Assembly (NCBI GenBank): GCA_043228905.1
Contig: JBHGNT010000002.1
Span: 23,188,001 to 23,252,000 of the forward strand
Direction of reading: 5' to 3'
DNA from: Azolla caroliniana
Taxonomy: Eukaryota; Plantae; Polypodiophyta
Length of the DNA stretch: 64,000 nt
Below are positions 32,023 to 42,728 of this stretch, in pieces. Numbering within the stretch: position 1 is the first letter of the stretch; each line of letters opens with the position of its first letter. Below the pieces are notes generated by a model that did no database searches, was not told where the DNA came from, and saw nothing but the letters and a program-made list of their open reading frames with translations. The position numbers were made by a program, and so were the translations under genes.

Positions 32023-35000
32023 CTATCCCCCCTTTAAAACGACGAGTTTCATGAGTCGTTTTGGATTGAGGACCCGGTTTCTCGGGATATCGTCGATGGA
32101 AGTCTTCTAGAAGAGCACGAGCATTGGTCACATTCTCGATCGGTTCCCAAGTACGCTCGCTGGGACTATATCCTAGCCAATCGACTAGATAGTAGAGCTT
32201 GTTGCGAACAATCTTGGAATCGAGGATGGCAGCGACCTCATACTCAGGTCCATCTTCGAGCTCGATAGGAGGTGGAGGTTGTATAGTACGTCCTGGGATA
32301 GTGCTCTCGTGATAGGGTTCGAGGAGAGAACTATGAAACACCGGGTGTATCCGAAGTTGCGGAGGTAGCTCGAGACGAAAAGCGACATCATTAATCTTCC
32401 CGATAATACGGAAAGGACCTAATCGTCGATAATCCAACTTCTCACATGGGCGAGTAGTCTTGATGTGTCGTCGTAGCAGCCACACCCGATCTCCAATGTT
32501 AAAACTGGATGGAAGTCGATGACGATCTGCGTAGTCCTTGTGTGATTGTTGAGCTTGCTGGAGTTGAGTAGATAAATCCGCTTGTATCTTGCGTAACCGC
32601 TCCAAACGATCCTCCGCGCAAGGATTTGTGGACACTTCTGGGGTTTCAAGGACACACCACCGGGGATGATATCCCGTATAAGCGTAGAATGGCGTGACTT
32701 TAGTCGATGCGTGGATAGCGTTATTATAGGCAAATTCGGCGAACGGAAGAATATCTGCCCAGTCATTCTGATGATAGTTGAGAAAGCACCGCAGATACTG
32801 CTCCAGTGTTTGATTTGTTCGTTCGGCTTGACCGTCGGTTTGTGGGTGGTAGCCGGAGGAGAGGTTACAAGTGACCTTCAGCATTTTAAAAAGGTGCTTC
32901 CAGAATTTTGACACAAACTGGGGTCCACGATCGCTGATGATATTATCAGGGAGTCCATGATGCCGACATACTTCCCGCATGACAATTTCGGCGGTGTCTT
33001 CACTAGATATTTCTTTAGTACATGGTAAGAAATGAGCCATCTTCGTATATCGATCCACCACTGTGAGAATCGCACTGAATCCCTTAGAGACTGGAAGATC
33101 TGTAATGAAGTCAAGAGCAATGGATTGCCATGGCTTGCTTGGAATTGGTAATGGTTCTAATAAACCATATGGATGATGTCTTGGCATTTTCGCTCTGCAG
33201 CATGTATCGCAAGTCCGAACAAAATCTTCGACAAATTGTCGCATACGGGGCCACCAGAATGATCGTTGTACTAAATCTAATGTTTTAGTACTACCAAAAT
33301 GTCCTGCTGTATATGTGTCATGGCAGTTTTGTACTACTCGAAGGCGGCAAGAACCATTAGGAACATACAAAAGTTCTTTAAAGAAGAGTAATCCATCACA
33401 GTATTTGAATTGCCGATAATCCGTACCTGGTGATTGTGATTGTGAACATGACGCTCGAGAGGGGTCAATTTGTGCTAGTATAGCTTGGGCGAAAGCGTCA
33501 GTCTTCAAGTCCTCACGTATAGTATTGGTAATGTCGGAATCCACGGGCATGTCAAAGATCTGTGCTGCTTGCAGTCGTGCTGGACCCAAGATTACTTGCT
33601 TCTGGTTATCGAAAGCTGGCTCACCGGGACGTGGTGTTAGATACGAACGCCGTGATAATGCATCTGCCTTCCCTTGGTGCTTCCCCGGACGATATGTAAT
33701 TTTGAAGTCGAAGCGTGTGAGGAAATGGGCCCACCGAGCTTGACGTCGATTCAGTACACGAGCATCTTGAAAGTAGGCAAGGTTCTTGTGGTCACTGAAT
33801 ACAGTGACCTGATGAGGAGATCCCTCCAGGAAATGCCTCCATTGCATAAAAGAATCAACTATTGCTAATAGCTCTTTATCATGAATTTCGTAGTTGATTT
33901 CGGCGGCGTCAAACTTACGGGAGTGGAAAGCCACAGGATGTAGCTTCTCGTCGTTACCCTGTTGTGACAGAATGCTCCCCAATGCGAAATCCGATGCATC
34001 AGCTTCGATAATGAATGGTTTTTCCGGATCCACATGACCTAAAATTGGAGCTGATGTAAACGCCTTCTTAAGACTCTCGAAAGCCATGTCTGTCTCTTTA
34101 GACCAAATGAATGATTGTCCCTTCCTGGTGAGCTGTGTGAGAGGCAGCACAATTTTTGAGTAATTTTGTATGAACTTCCGGTAAAAATTTGCAAAGCCTA
34201 GGAAGCATTGCACATCCCGCACCGAACGCGGAGTGTGCCATTCTATCACCGTTTTGACCTTGGCTGGGTCCATAGATATGCCTTCTGAGGAGATGACATA
34301 GCCGAGAAACTCCACTTGGTTGCACCCGAAACTACATTTCTCTAACTTTGCATACAGACCATGTTCTCGAAGTCGTTTTAGTACTAATAGTACATGAGAA
34401 TCATGTTCTTCTTGGGTCTTTGAATAAACCAGTAGATCATCCAAATAGATGATCAAAAAATCATCCAAGAGGTCTCGAAATATATCGTTCGCCATGTGCT
34501 GGAAGACTGCCGGCGCATTAGTGAGTCCGAACGGCATGACCGTATACTCGAAGTGCCCATATCTGGTGCGAAACGCGGTCTTCCATTCATCTCCTGGTCG
34601 GATCCGTACGAGGTTATAGGCTCCTCGTAAGTCGATCTTCGTGAAGAACCTGGCACCGTTGATCCGTTCTAAAAGACTTGAGATAAGGGGAAGAGCATAC
34701 CTATTTCTTACTGTGACCTTATTCAAGCCACGGTAATCTACAACGAGTCGAAGCGAGCCATCTTTTTTCTTGACGAAGAAAATGGGTGCGCCGGCTGGAG
34801 ATTTCGAATGCCGAATGAAACCGTTCTCCAAATTCTCCTCTATATAGGCTCGAAGGACTTCTAGCTCGGTTGGTGACAAATTGTAGATCGGCCCCCATGG
34901 CGGCTCTTTTCCCGGTTGTAAGTCGATGGCGCAGTCGTACGGCCGATGATGAGGAAGTGTGTTGGCTTGTACTTTATCGAACACATCAGCATACTGACGA

Positions 35001-35611
35001 TACTTCTCGGGAAGTTGAACGGTGGACTCCTCTTTGGTGGTGCTGGAGGGTTGTACTGATATTGCAAAGAGAAACATTTCCTCCTTGCGCCCTTCCTCAC
35101 GCAACTGACGTAGCGAAATGGTTGCAACCTTCTGGGTAGATCCTTGGGTTTGTCGCAACCGGATTTCCCTTGTCCTCCAATCTATGTCTGGGTCATGTAA
35201 CTCGAACCATGGTAATCCTAAAACTATGGGATGTTCTGGAATACTAATAATATTAAATGATACTACACATGTTAAGTTATCTAGGACAATATTAACGGGT
35301 TCCGACTCTTCTATGATATTACCAGAAGCAATGGGACGACCATCAATGACTACTACTGAGGCTGGACATGGGAGCTTTCTGAGAGATATCTGATGAGCTC
35401 GGGCAAAATTCCTATCCATGAAGCAAGAATTAGCTCCGGAATCTAGAAGGGCTAAGGTATGTACTGGAGGGGTACTTTTAGTACTAACTGCTACTTGGAC
35501 TACGAACACATCACTAACTTGCTTAGAGGGAATGGAACCACTAATGGGCTGCACAGATCTAGGGCTGTCCAACCAAACGGCTCCTATTTTGGCTGGACTT
35601 AGTCGTTTAAC
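32015..35611 (-). CDS. pol: Pol polyprotein PR-RT-RNaseH-INT-chromodomain (expressed via -1 frameshift from gag)
   Basis: ALLDSGA, YLDD, EADASD, HHCC, SDRGPQF, GPF, C-terminal YEVAAILD..YLVDWLGY..TWEP; 1185-aa ORF 35572-32015 remains open upstream to the slippery site. Confidence 0.96.
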   Translation of the reverse strand, partial: VKRLSPAKIGAVWLDSPRSVQPISGSIPSKQVSDVFVVQVAVSTKSTPPVHTLALLDSGANSCFMDRNFARAHQISLRKLPCPASVVVIDGRPIASGNIIEESEPVNIVLDNLTCVVSFNIISIPEHPIVLGLPWFELHDPDIDWRTREIRLRQTQGSTQKVATISLRQLREEGRKEEMFLFAISVQPSSTTKEESTVQLPEKYRQYADVFDKVQANTLPHHRPYDCAIDLQPGKEPPWGPIYNLSPTELEVLRAYIEENLENGFIRHSKSPAGAPIFFVKKKDGSLRLVVDYRGLNKVTVRNRYALPLISSLLERINGARFFTKIDLRGAYNLVRIRPGDEWKTAFRTRYGHFEYTVMPFGLTNAPAVFQHMANDIFRDLLDDFLIIYLDDLLVYSKTQEEHDSHVLLVLKRLREHGLYAKLEKCSFGCNQVEFLGYVISSEGISMDPAKVKTVIEWHTPRSVRDVQCFLGFANFYRKFIQNYSKIVLPLTQLTRKGQSFIWSKETDMAFESLKKAFTSAPILGHVDPEKPFIIEADASDFALGSILSQQGNDEKLHPVAFHSRKFDAAEINYEIHDKELLAIVDSFMQWRHFLEGSPHQVTVFSDHKNLAYFQDARVLNRRQARWAHFLTRFDFKITYRPGKHQGKADALSRRSYLTPRPGEPAFDNQKQVILGPARLQAAQIFDMPVDSDITNTIREDLKTDAFAQAILAQIDPSRASCSQSQSPGTDYRQFKYCDGLLFFKELLYVPNGSCRLRVVQNCHDTYTAGHFGSTKTLDLVQRSFWWPRMRQFVEDFVRTCDTCCRAKMPRHHPYGLLEPLPIPSKPWQSIALDFITDLPVSKGFSAILTVVDRYTKMAHFLPCTKEISSEDTAEIVMREVCRHHGLPDNIISDRGPQFVSKFWKHLFKMLKVTCNLSSGYHPQTDGQAERTNQTLEQYLRCFLNYHQNDWADILPFAEFAYNNAIHASTKVTPFYAYTGYHPRWCVLETPEVSTNPCAEDRLERLRKIQADLSTQLQQAQQSHKDYADRHRLPSSFNIGDRVWLLRRHIKTTRPCEKLDYRRLGPFRIIGKINDVAFRLELPPQLRIHPVFHSSLLEPYHESTIPGRTIQPPPPIELEDGPEYEVAAILDSKIVRNKLYYLVDWLGYSPSERTWEPIENVTNARALLEDFHRRYPEKPGPQSKTTHETRRFKGGIVS
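35560..35611 (-). promoter_or_regulatory. Predicted -1 frameshift signal (G_UUA_AAC plus stem-loop/pseudoknot)
   Basis: Heptamer 35611-35605, 6-nt spacer, 11-bp stem GUCCAGCCAAA/UUUGGUUGGAC; pol in -1 frame. Confidence 0.8.
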
Positions 35612-36768
35612 TCTTCTTCTAATTGGCTAAGGACATCAAATTTGTTTGCGAGATTCGGACTATTAGTACTATTAGGACTATTATGACTATGAGGATTATC
35701 AGAGATTCCTACTGACATAGACTCGGGTTTAGTATAGTCAGAACTAACAATGACTTGGTTTACCTGCCTTCTTGGTCTATGGGGACAGTTTATCGCGATA
35801 TGCCCTGGTCCACCGCAATAAAGGCATAATCGGTTTGTTCGGCGTCGTTGCTTTTCCTCCTCCGATAGCGGCCCACGACGACGTGTAGTGTCAATTTCCA
35901 TTGGAGTTGGAGTACTTACTGGAGGCGCATTATGTGACTCCCTTTGAAAAGGTTTCGCTACCATTGAGGCATAGGTAGGCTCGGATCTTGCCCTCGGCAT
36001 CTGAAATTGTCGTTCCGAACGTCGCTCGAAGAGGCGGTTGTCACATCTGACCGCTCGACTGATTGCTTCTGTTAATGATTTTGGCTCTTCAGGGAAAGTC
36101 AAGAGTAAATCCTTGACATCGTTGCGTAGACCATAGCGGAACTGCTCCATCAATGCTTGATCATCCCAGGGGATATCGGCGGCGAGTAGGCGGAAATCTG
36201 CAGCATATGCGGAGGCTGGACGGTCACCTTGGCGTAATCGCCGGATTTTGTTGATTGCAGTCCTTATGCTGTCAGTATCTCCAAAACATGCTTTAAACTC
36301 ACTTATGAATTCTTCAAAATTATTTAGTACTGGAGATTCCTTTTCTAGTAGCGGAGCGAACCATGCTAATGCTGAGCCATTTAACAACGTGCCTACTAAA
36401 CCCACTCGTGATGCATCGGTGGGATATCGGGACGGATGCATTTGAATAACTAACCGTACCTGGTTAAGAAACCCTCTAAACTGCGATCGCGTTCCATCGA
36501 ACTTCGTGGGAAGGCCAATCTTGGGTTCTTTATGAATCCCTTGTGCTCCGTGCCCTTGTTGTTGCATTGCTACGATGGTTGCTTCGAGTTGTTGCACGCG
36601 TAACGCAAGTTCCCCATGCTGTTGTTGCGTTTGCTGCTTTTCTAAGGAAATTTGCTGAAGATCCCCCAACAAGCGTTGATTTTCTTGTTCCAAAGCATGA
36701 AACTTCTCTTTCAAGCATTGAAATTCCGAGAAAACGGATTGATACTCTTCAGCGCTAACGGTGGCCAT
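35599..36768 (-). CDS. gag: Gag (coiled coil, capsid, CCHC knuckle)
   Basis: 389 aa; KFDGTRSQFRGFL, LRQG..YAADF, PMEID, CLYCGGPGHIAINC. Confidence 0.96.
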   Translation of the reverse strand: MATVSAEEYQSVFSEFQCLKEKFHALEQENQRLLGDLQQISLEKQQTQQQHGELALRVQQLEATIVAMQQQGHGAQGIHKEPKIGLPTKFDGTRSQFRGFLNQVRLVIQMHPSRYPTDASRVGLVGTLLNGSALAWFAPLLEKESPVLNNFEEFISEFKACFGDTDSIRTAINKIRRLRQGDRPASAYAADFRLLAADIPWDDQALMEQFRYGLRNDVKDLLLTFPEEPKSLTEAISRAVRCDNRLFERRSERQFQMPRARSEPTYASMVAKPFQRESHNAPPVSTPTPMEIDTTRRRGPLSEEEKQRRRTNRLCLYCGGPGHIAINCPHRPRRQVNQVIVSSDYTKPESMSVGISDNPHSHNSPNSTNSPNLANKFDVLSQLEEELND

Positions 36769-36844
36769 GGGATGAAGGAAAAGGGAAATAAGAGACTAGT
36801 AGGAAAGGAGAGAGACAGAAGGAAGAGGGAGACTAGTAGGAGGA

Positions 36845-36856
36845 AAATCGGTTCAA
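36845..36856 (-). promoter_or_regulatory. Self-priming (Tf1-type) primer binding site
   Basis: TTGAACCGATTT follows the 5' LTR; perfectly complementary to LTR 37122-37111, ~33 nt downstream of TATAAAA; no TGG tRNA signature. Confidence 0.88.
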
Positions 36857-36858
36857 AC

Positions 36859-36991
36859 TGTCAGGAACTCTATTAAGGCAGAGAAGGAATTAGTACTAAA
36901 AGAAGGATTAGTACTATTGTTGGGGAATAGTACTAAGGCAGAGAAGGATTAGTACTATGAGAGGTGTCGAACTTTGAGAGAAGGAATGAGT

Positions 36992-37041
<50 letters not shown>

Positions 37042-37331
37042 TGATGCGAAAGATATATGTATTATATGACGGAAGATATACAACAGTAGTTAGAAGGCTT
37101 AAGACTGGCGTTGAACCGATTTGGTTCGAACTAATGCCTTGCGCCTCCTTTTATAGTGTCTTCAGGAATACTCCTGAAGTTTCTAGAATGTTCCAGAGAA
37201 ATCTGGAATATACATCAATTTCCTAATAAAACCTAAATGAAAATAATATCCTTCAAATTACAACTCATAACCTAATGGTAAAGTCTCGACCCGCGTAACA
37301 AAAGGTTATGGGTTCGAGTCTAGTTATGACA
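36859..37331 (-). repeat. 5' LTR of chromovirus
   Basis: Direct repeat of 31548-32022, followed by TSD CATCG. Confidence 0.96.
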
Positions 37332-39087
37332 CATCGAATGTTTCACAAGAACGAAAGTTGTTATGGAGATCTCTAAACTCAGTGCTTGATCATGGTAGAC
37401 CGGGTTTATTGATGGGAGATTTTAATGTTTGTTGTGAGACGAATCAATCAATATCTATCCACTCTATTATGGGTGGACCAGAGACTCAAGAATGGGGAGA
37501 TTTTGAGACTGAAGTCATGTTAAGGGATGTATGGAAATGGATCAAGGGAGATGAACCTGGTTATACCTTTCAATCGGCTCAATATAAGGATACTTGGAGT
37601 AGGTTGGATTGAATGTATGTAATGCATACCGAAGGATTTTTACTAGAGATTTTGGATATTTCAGTGTCTTATGGGTCAATTATATCAGATCATTTCCCAT
37701 TAATTTTTGAATTCACTCACCACTCAATTAGAGCTTTTCGTGAGTTTTTAGTAAAACCACCGTTGATTTTTAATTCATCATTTTTGGATCATGAGGTCTT
37801 CCATGCCTATATATGTCAATTGATTGATGCATTTGCCTATCGTGTTCAATTTGATGGGTTTGAAGCATGGGAAGTATTTATTGCAAATGTTCAGAGGTTA
37901 ACTAGGTATTATGGAATTCACCATGCTTTTAAAAGGAGAAAGAAATTAAGTCTCCTAATTAATTTGCTTGATAAATGCAACTCATTGTTAACTTATTGGC
38001 CAATGGATGTAGAGTTGATGGGATATCAAGAGGTATTAATTTCTGCGATGCATGATCTAACGGCAAAAAATTATCAATATGCTAGACTACATCGTCTAAG
38101 ACAAGAAGTGGATGATGCTAATTGTCAATGACATAAGTTTTTTCATGAACTTCATGAATCACATGCACGCATAATGTGGTAAGGTTAGAGAAAAATGGTA
38201 TCATGTGTTATGATCCTCAAGAAATTGTGAAGAAATGCATAGAATATTGTACAAAATTGTTGGATGTACAAGTGTGTATCGATGATAATGTTAAAAAGGA
38301 TAGATATGTATTTTTTAATGGAGTAAAAAATCATGTATCGCATGATGTGGCACAATCATTAGATGCTAATATTTCCGAGAATGAGGTGGAACATGTCATG
38401 TCACATCTAGCTAGTGATAAGAGTCCTGGGTGGGATGGATTAACACATGAACTCTTTAAGAAATATGTGATTAAGTTAAAGGGGCCTTTTAGGGTCTTAT
38501 TTCAGAAGGTGTGGACATCGGGGGAAATGCCTCATTCTTGGAAGATTGGTTTGATAAAGCTTTTGCCAAAGGTGCCTTCTCCATCTTCCTTTGCTCAATG
38601 GAGGCCTATTTCATTGATGGGGGGAATGTACAAGATTTTTGCAAAAGTAATGGCCAATAGGTTGCATAAGGTTTTACCTTCTATTATTCATAATGCTCAA
38701 TATGGGTTTTTACCAAAAAGAGACATTTTACATAATATTTTAAATGTTCAAATGGAAATTGACTATGCAAAGGAGTCTAAACAAGAATTAGTGTTGTTAC
38801 AATCGAGAAAGCCTATGATCATGTGGATTGGTCATTTATAAATCAATTGATGTCTCATATGGGTTTTGGTGATCGTATGCCTAAGTTGATATAAACATTA
38901 GGGGAGGGTTTGGTTTCACATGTGATGTTTAATGGCGGAGTAACACAACCAATTTCTATTCGGAGGTCAATTAGACAAGGATGCCCGGTAAGTCCTTTAC
39001 TATTCACTATTGTGACACGTCCTATTCTTGTTAAGTTACACAATATGGCTATGGAAGAAGAATTGCTTGGACTAAGGTTGCCATCAG

Positions 39088-39962
39088 GGAAGAACCGACA
39101 AAGGGGGAGACAAGAAGAAGAAAGGAGTCGAGTCGACAAAGGAAGTTGACACATCCGAACAAGTCGGAACAAGCAGCAACGGCGGCAGAGTCAAGAAGGA
39201 CAGAGCCGACCGGAAGAAGAAGGCCAAGACCCGGACATGGTCCGATGTGGTGAAGGGCCTGGAACCGGAAGACGAATCAGGAGCGACCAATTCGGACAAG
39301 AGCTAGAACGAGTCAGAGACAGTCGATTCGGTTCAACAAACAGATTCAGAAGAACCGGATCAATTCAAGGCCAAGAGGACGAGAAGGCAGCAAAAGTCGA
39401 CGCCAACACGAAGGAATGGGCAAGTCGACAAGCGCCGAAGTCACAGCAGCGAGGGAGCTGATTTGGGCCTGTTGAGCAGACAAACCGACCAAGGAGGTCG
39501 AGGTGCACAAAAACAGAAGGGTTGCGGCAAACGGGACCGGACCAGATGAGGAGCCCGAGCAAGGCGGAGTGATGCTAGAAGGAGCCGAGTGGAAGGACTG
39601 GCTGCCATGGAGACTGACACTACGATCCGACCTCAAGATTGAGCTTGAGGGGGAGTGTTGAGCAGCAAGCTCAACCGAATCCAAATCAGCATCCGGAAGG
39701 ATGAGCCGGATCGGTGAGCCGGTAAGCAAGTGAGTTGGTGAGCTGGGGTGCCAGTTAGCCGGATCCATTAGTAACCAGAAGCCTAGTAGTAGCCTAGACT
39801 ACTAGGTAGTTAATGTCTTGTAGTTAGTGTCAGACGCTCGTGCGAGCATTGAAGTACACCGTACTTCTGTCAGTCTGTATGGACTTGTATAAAAGTGTTC
39901 ACTGAACACATACGATGTATAGTGTGTTACAGATTGAGTAATATGTTGAATTGAACTTTCGT

Positions 39963-40052
<90 letters not shown>

Positions 40053-40137
40053 GCGTACTATGTATATTCTAATATCTCCATTAAACCTGCGTTTCTATGT
40101 TCGGTTTTCTATTGCTTCTGCACGTTATTCTTTTACA
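39088..40137 (+). mobile_element. Copia-like 3' remnant: 3' region, PPT and LTR
   Basis: Abrupt GC shift at ~39088; TTGAGGGGGAG then TGTTG at 39656; probable LTR end TTTTACA 40137; contains (TC)n 39964-40050. Confidence 0.7.
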
Positions 40138-42250
40138 TAGGGGATGCATTAAAAAAAAGAAACATTACTAAAGGATTGTGTTTCTTTTGTTTGGTGGAAT
40201 TGGAACATAGTAGGCATTGATTTGTTTTATGCCCGATGGCAAGGATGGTTTGGAGGTGTATTAGTTTAGTGTGGATGGCTCTAACAAGAGTAAGTCTATC
40301 TCCCTTCAGTTGGGTTTTTGCACATATGGAGAACAATGAACCGATGCCTCATTTTAAAATTATTTTTGAGTTCTTGACTAACATAGTGTATGACCTATCA
40401 TAATGGTCCTATGTGTATTTGGGTCCATGGGGTTCCCTCCTTTATGTACGGGGACCACAATGGTCATAGTCCACTATGGTGGAACACCCTCAACGAGGGC
40501 ACACTTGAAGATTAGAGTTAGAAAGCGAGTTAGGCAGTCCTATGTGGTCCATGGACTTCCTATGTGTTCTGCTCGCAGTCCTATGTGGTCCATGGACTTC
40601 CTATGTTGTAATTTCTTTATGACCTTCTTGACCCTAGAGGTCGTGAAAAGTGTCCCCATGGTAGGTCAGGGTGTAGAAGGCATTGTAATGGGTGGTTGGT
40701 TTGGGACTTGGTAAAGTCTCTCTGTATATGTGTGGCAAGTGTTGGGATCCTCGATGGGTGTTTGTGGTCTTGGTTCCCGTAGTCTCTTCCATGCAGTGGC
40801 GCAATTGCTACTCATGAACATATGGTAGAGTTCCCAATATTGGGATGCCTCCCACGCTTGTCTCTTACGATGTGTCAACTTGTGCATTTCTTTGCAAGCT
40901 TGTGCCATGTCTTTAAATTGTATGTAGCTTTAGGGAGTCCTATTATATAATCAATTGTGCTTTCCCCTCCTCTATGTGGGAAACATGTGAGCTCTTCCGA
41001 GTCTGGCCACTTGGCTAAACCATTATATATGACCATCCAATGCCGACTACCAAGTTCGAGCAAATGATGGCCAAAGCTCGTGGCATCCACACCATGATCT
41101 TTTGATCTACGTGTGGTGCTTATATCTAAAGGATAATATGGGATTACTTCATCCGATAGAGGTTCGTATGGAGAAGGCCCATGTGGCACTCTATCATCAA
41201 CTAATCTCACATTTCCATCCATATTATGATGGGATCCTGTCAGGGGAAAGTAACAAATGGCGAAAAATATTGCCTAGTCATTGCTAGTGAAGACTTTCGC
41301 CCACATAAAATGAGCTTTTGGGTTTGTCCTTAGTATTTCTATCCTATTAAGTAGCTCTCTCCGAAACAATATTGCAATATCCTTTGGTAGTGTGTCGACG
41401 TGAGGTTTGTCTAAATGCGGACTCCCAACGAAATCCTTCAACTCGTGGGAGTCCTCTATTTGGGTTTTGGTGCATTTCTACCAAGAAAAGTATATCTGAT
41501 ACCTTTAATATCTCCTCTAGGCAATTGGGGTGTGTCTATAGTGCGTCGTTACAATTCCATAAGGTCATCCTAAGTGTAATTTTTGTCACATGGGCCGCAT
41601 GTCGTCAACTAGTAGCGCGATAATTTATTATCACTCGCCCATCTCGATAAAAGGCATGATGCCCTTCTTTATGATCTTGCATGACTCGTGGCATACAATT
41701 TTTGCGGAGCTCAATATGCATCTTAGTGAGGTCTTCATCTAGATAGATAGGGTCCCCACCTAATCCTCGAAGAATTGGTCTCTTCTTAAAGAATGTGATT
41801 CTAGATTCCAAGTCTTTAAATTGAAAGACTAAGGCTCTCTTTCTAGTTGTGTCACGTCCGACCCTCCTAACTTTGGTGATAGGTGGGGCCTCTGTGTACC
41901 CTAACATTTTCCCAAGTGTTTGTGCATCCTCGTCGGGGGATGCACTTTCCTTGACCCCAGTGGCACATACATTTAAGTGTCAGGCCTGACGCATTTTCTC
42001 TTCTTGAAGGGTAGTGTTAACAATATTTTAATCTCTCATTTCTTTTCTAATGTTTCTTTTAACCATGTCTACCCAACCCGTTTTAGCTAACTCCATGTCA
42101 TTTTTAACTTCCTCTTTAACTTTTTTAATCTCTTCCTCTATATCATCTATTGAGGATATTTCACCATCCTCCCTAGATACCTCAATGTCATTAAGTTTTT
42201 GTATTTTGACCTTAAGGGCGTCTTTTCCTCTCTATCTTTTTTCTTGTGGG
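40138..42250 (-). mobile_element. Degenerate RTEX/CR1-like LINE (ORF1, endonuclease, start of RT)
   Basis: ORF1 ALVFQFKDLESR..PIYLDEDLT..AFYRDGRVIIN; EN TCFPHRGGESTIDYII; RT start IVVPVHKGG.PMDPN..RTIM. Confidence 0.75.
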
Positions 42251-42509
42251 TTTCAGTGTCTTTCGCCCATTTTCTCATATCATTCTCTATTTTTGCTAAA
42301 CGATTAAACATATCTAAAAGTATTCTTTACTTATAGCCTCGTCTTGTATATCCTTATGTTCCTTAGTTCATTTAGATGTCATTGTGGTGTCAATAAGAAA
42401 AAAGATAAAAGAAATGGGTGGGAGCCTTGGCTGAGTCTATGTGGACGTCGCAGTCACATCGGCATTTCGTTGGTTCGCATGTAGCACACTCAAAGTGAAA
42501 CGCACACAC

Positions 42510-42645
42510 CTCAAAGGTCCACCAAGGATGTGCACTTTACAACGGTAACAAGAATGCAGTCCTTGTCAGGGGATGCACCTTCCTTGAGCCCAGTGAAACG
42601 TACATTGACGCATTTTCTCTTCCTTAAAGGTAGCGTTAACCATAT
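42510..42645 (-). mobile_element. Short fragment of the same LINE ORF1
   Basis: RKRKCVNVRFTGLKEGASPDKD matches ~41930-42020 and ~29100-29200. Confidence 0.6.
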
Positions 42646-42646
42646 T

Positions 42647-42648
<2 letters not shown>

Positions 42649-42727
<79 letters not shown>
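42649..42727. repeat. (GT)n microsatellite
   Basis: Direct reading. Confidence 0.95.

Positions 42728-42728
<1 letters not shown>

Larger units (their letters stand above)
31548..37331 (-). mobile_element. Intact, very young Tcn1-like chromovirus (Ty3/gypsy)
   Basis: LTRs 31548-32022 and 36859-37331 differ visibly only in the GAGT/(GA)n tract; 5-bp TSD CATCG; PPT AAAGGGGGGATAG 32035-32023; uninterrupted gag and pol. Confidence 0.97.
29700..39090 (+). mobile_element. L1-clade LINE, degenerate, 3'-truncated, interrupted by chromovirus
   Basis: ORF1 (CPVWVE, zinc knuckle CFHCGVLGHFMAEC, 30191-31144); ORF2 endonuclease MKITTRNVRG..VGVYAS | LMGDFN..SRLD..SDHFP; RT KSPGWDG, WRPISL, QYGF, IRQGCPVSPLLF; 5' boundary approximate. 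Confidence 0.9.

Noticed and set aside
41388-41402. ZDRE (RTGTCGACAY) autoregulatory site
   Set aside because: Reads GTGTCGACGT (mismatch), lies inside a LINE ~7.5 kb upstream; no exact ZDRE noticed near the gene by eye.
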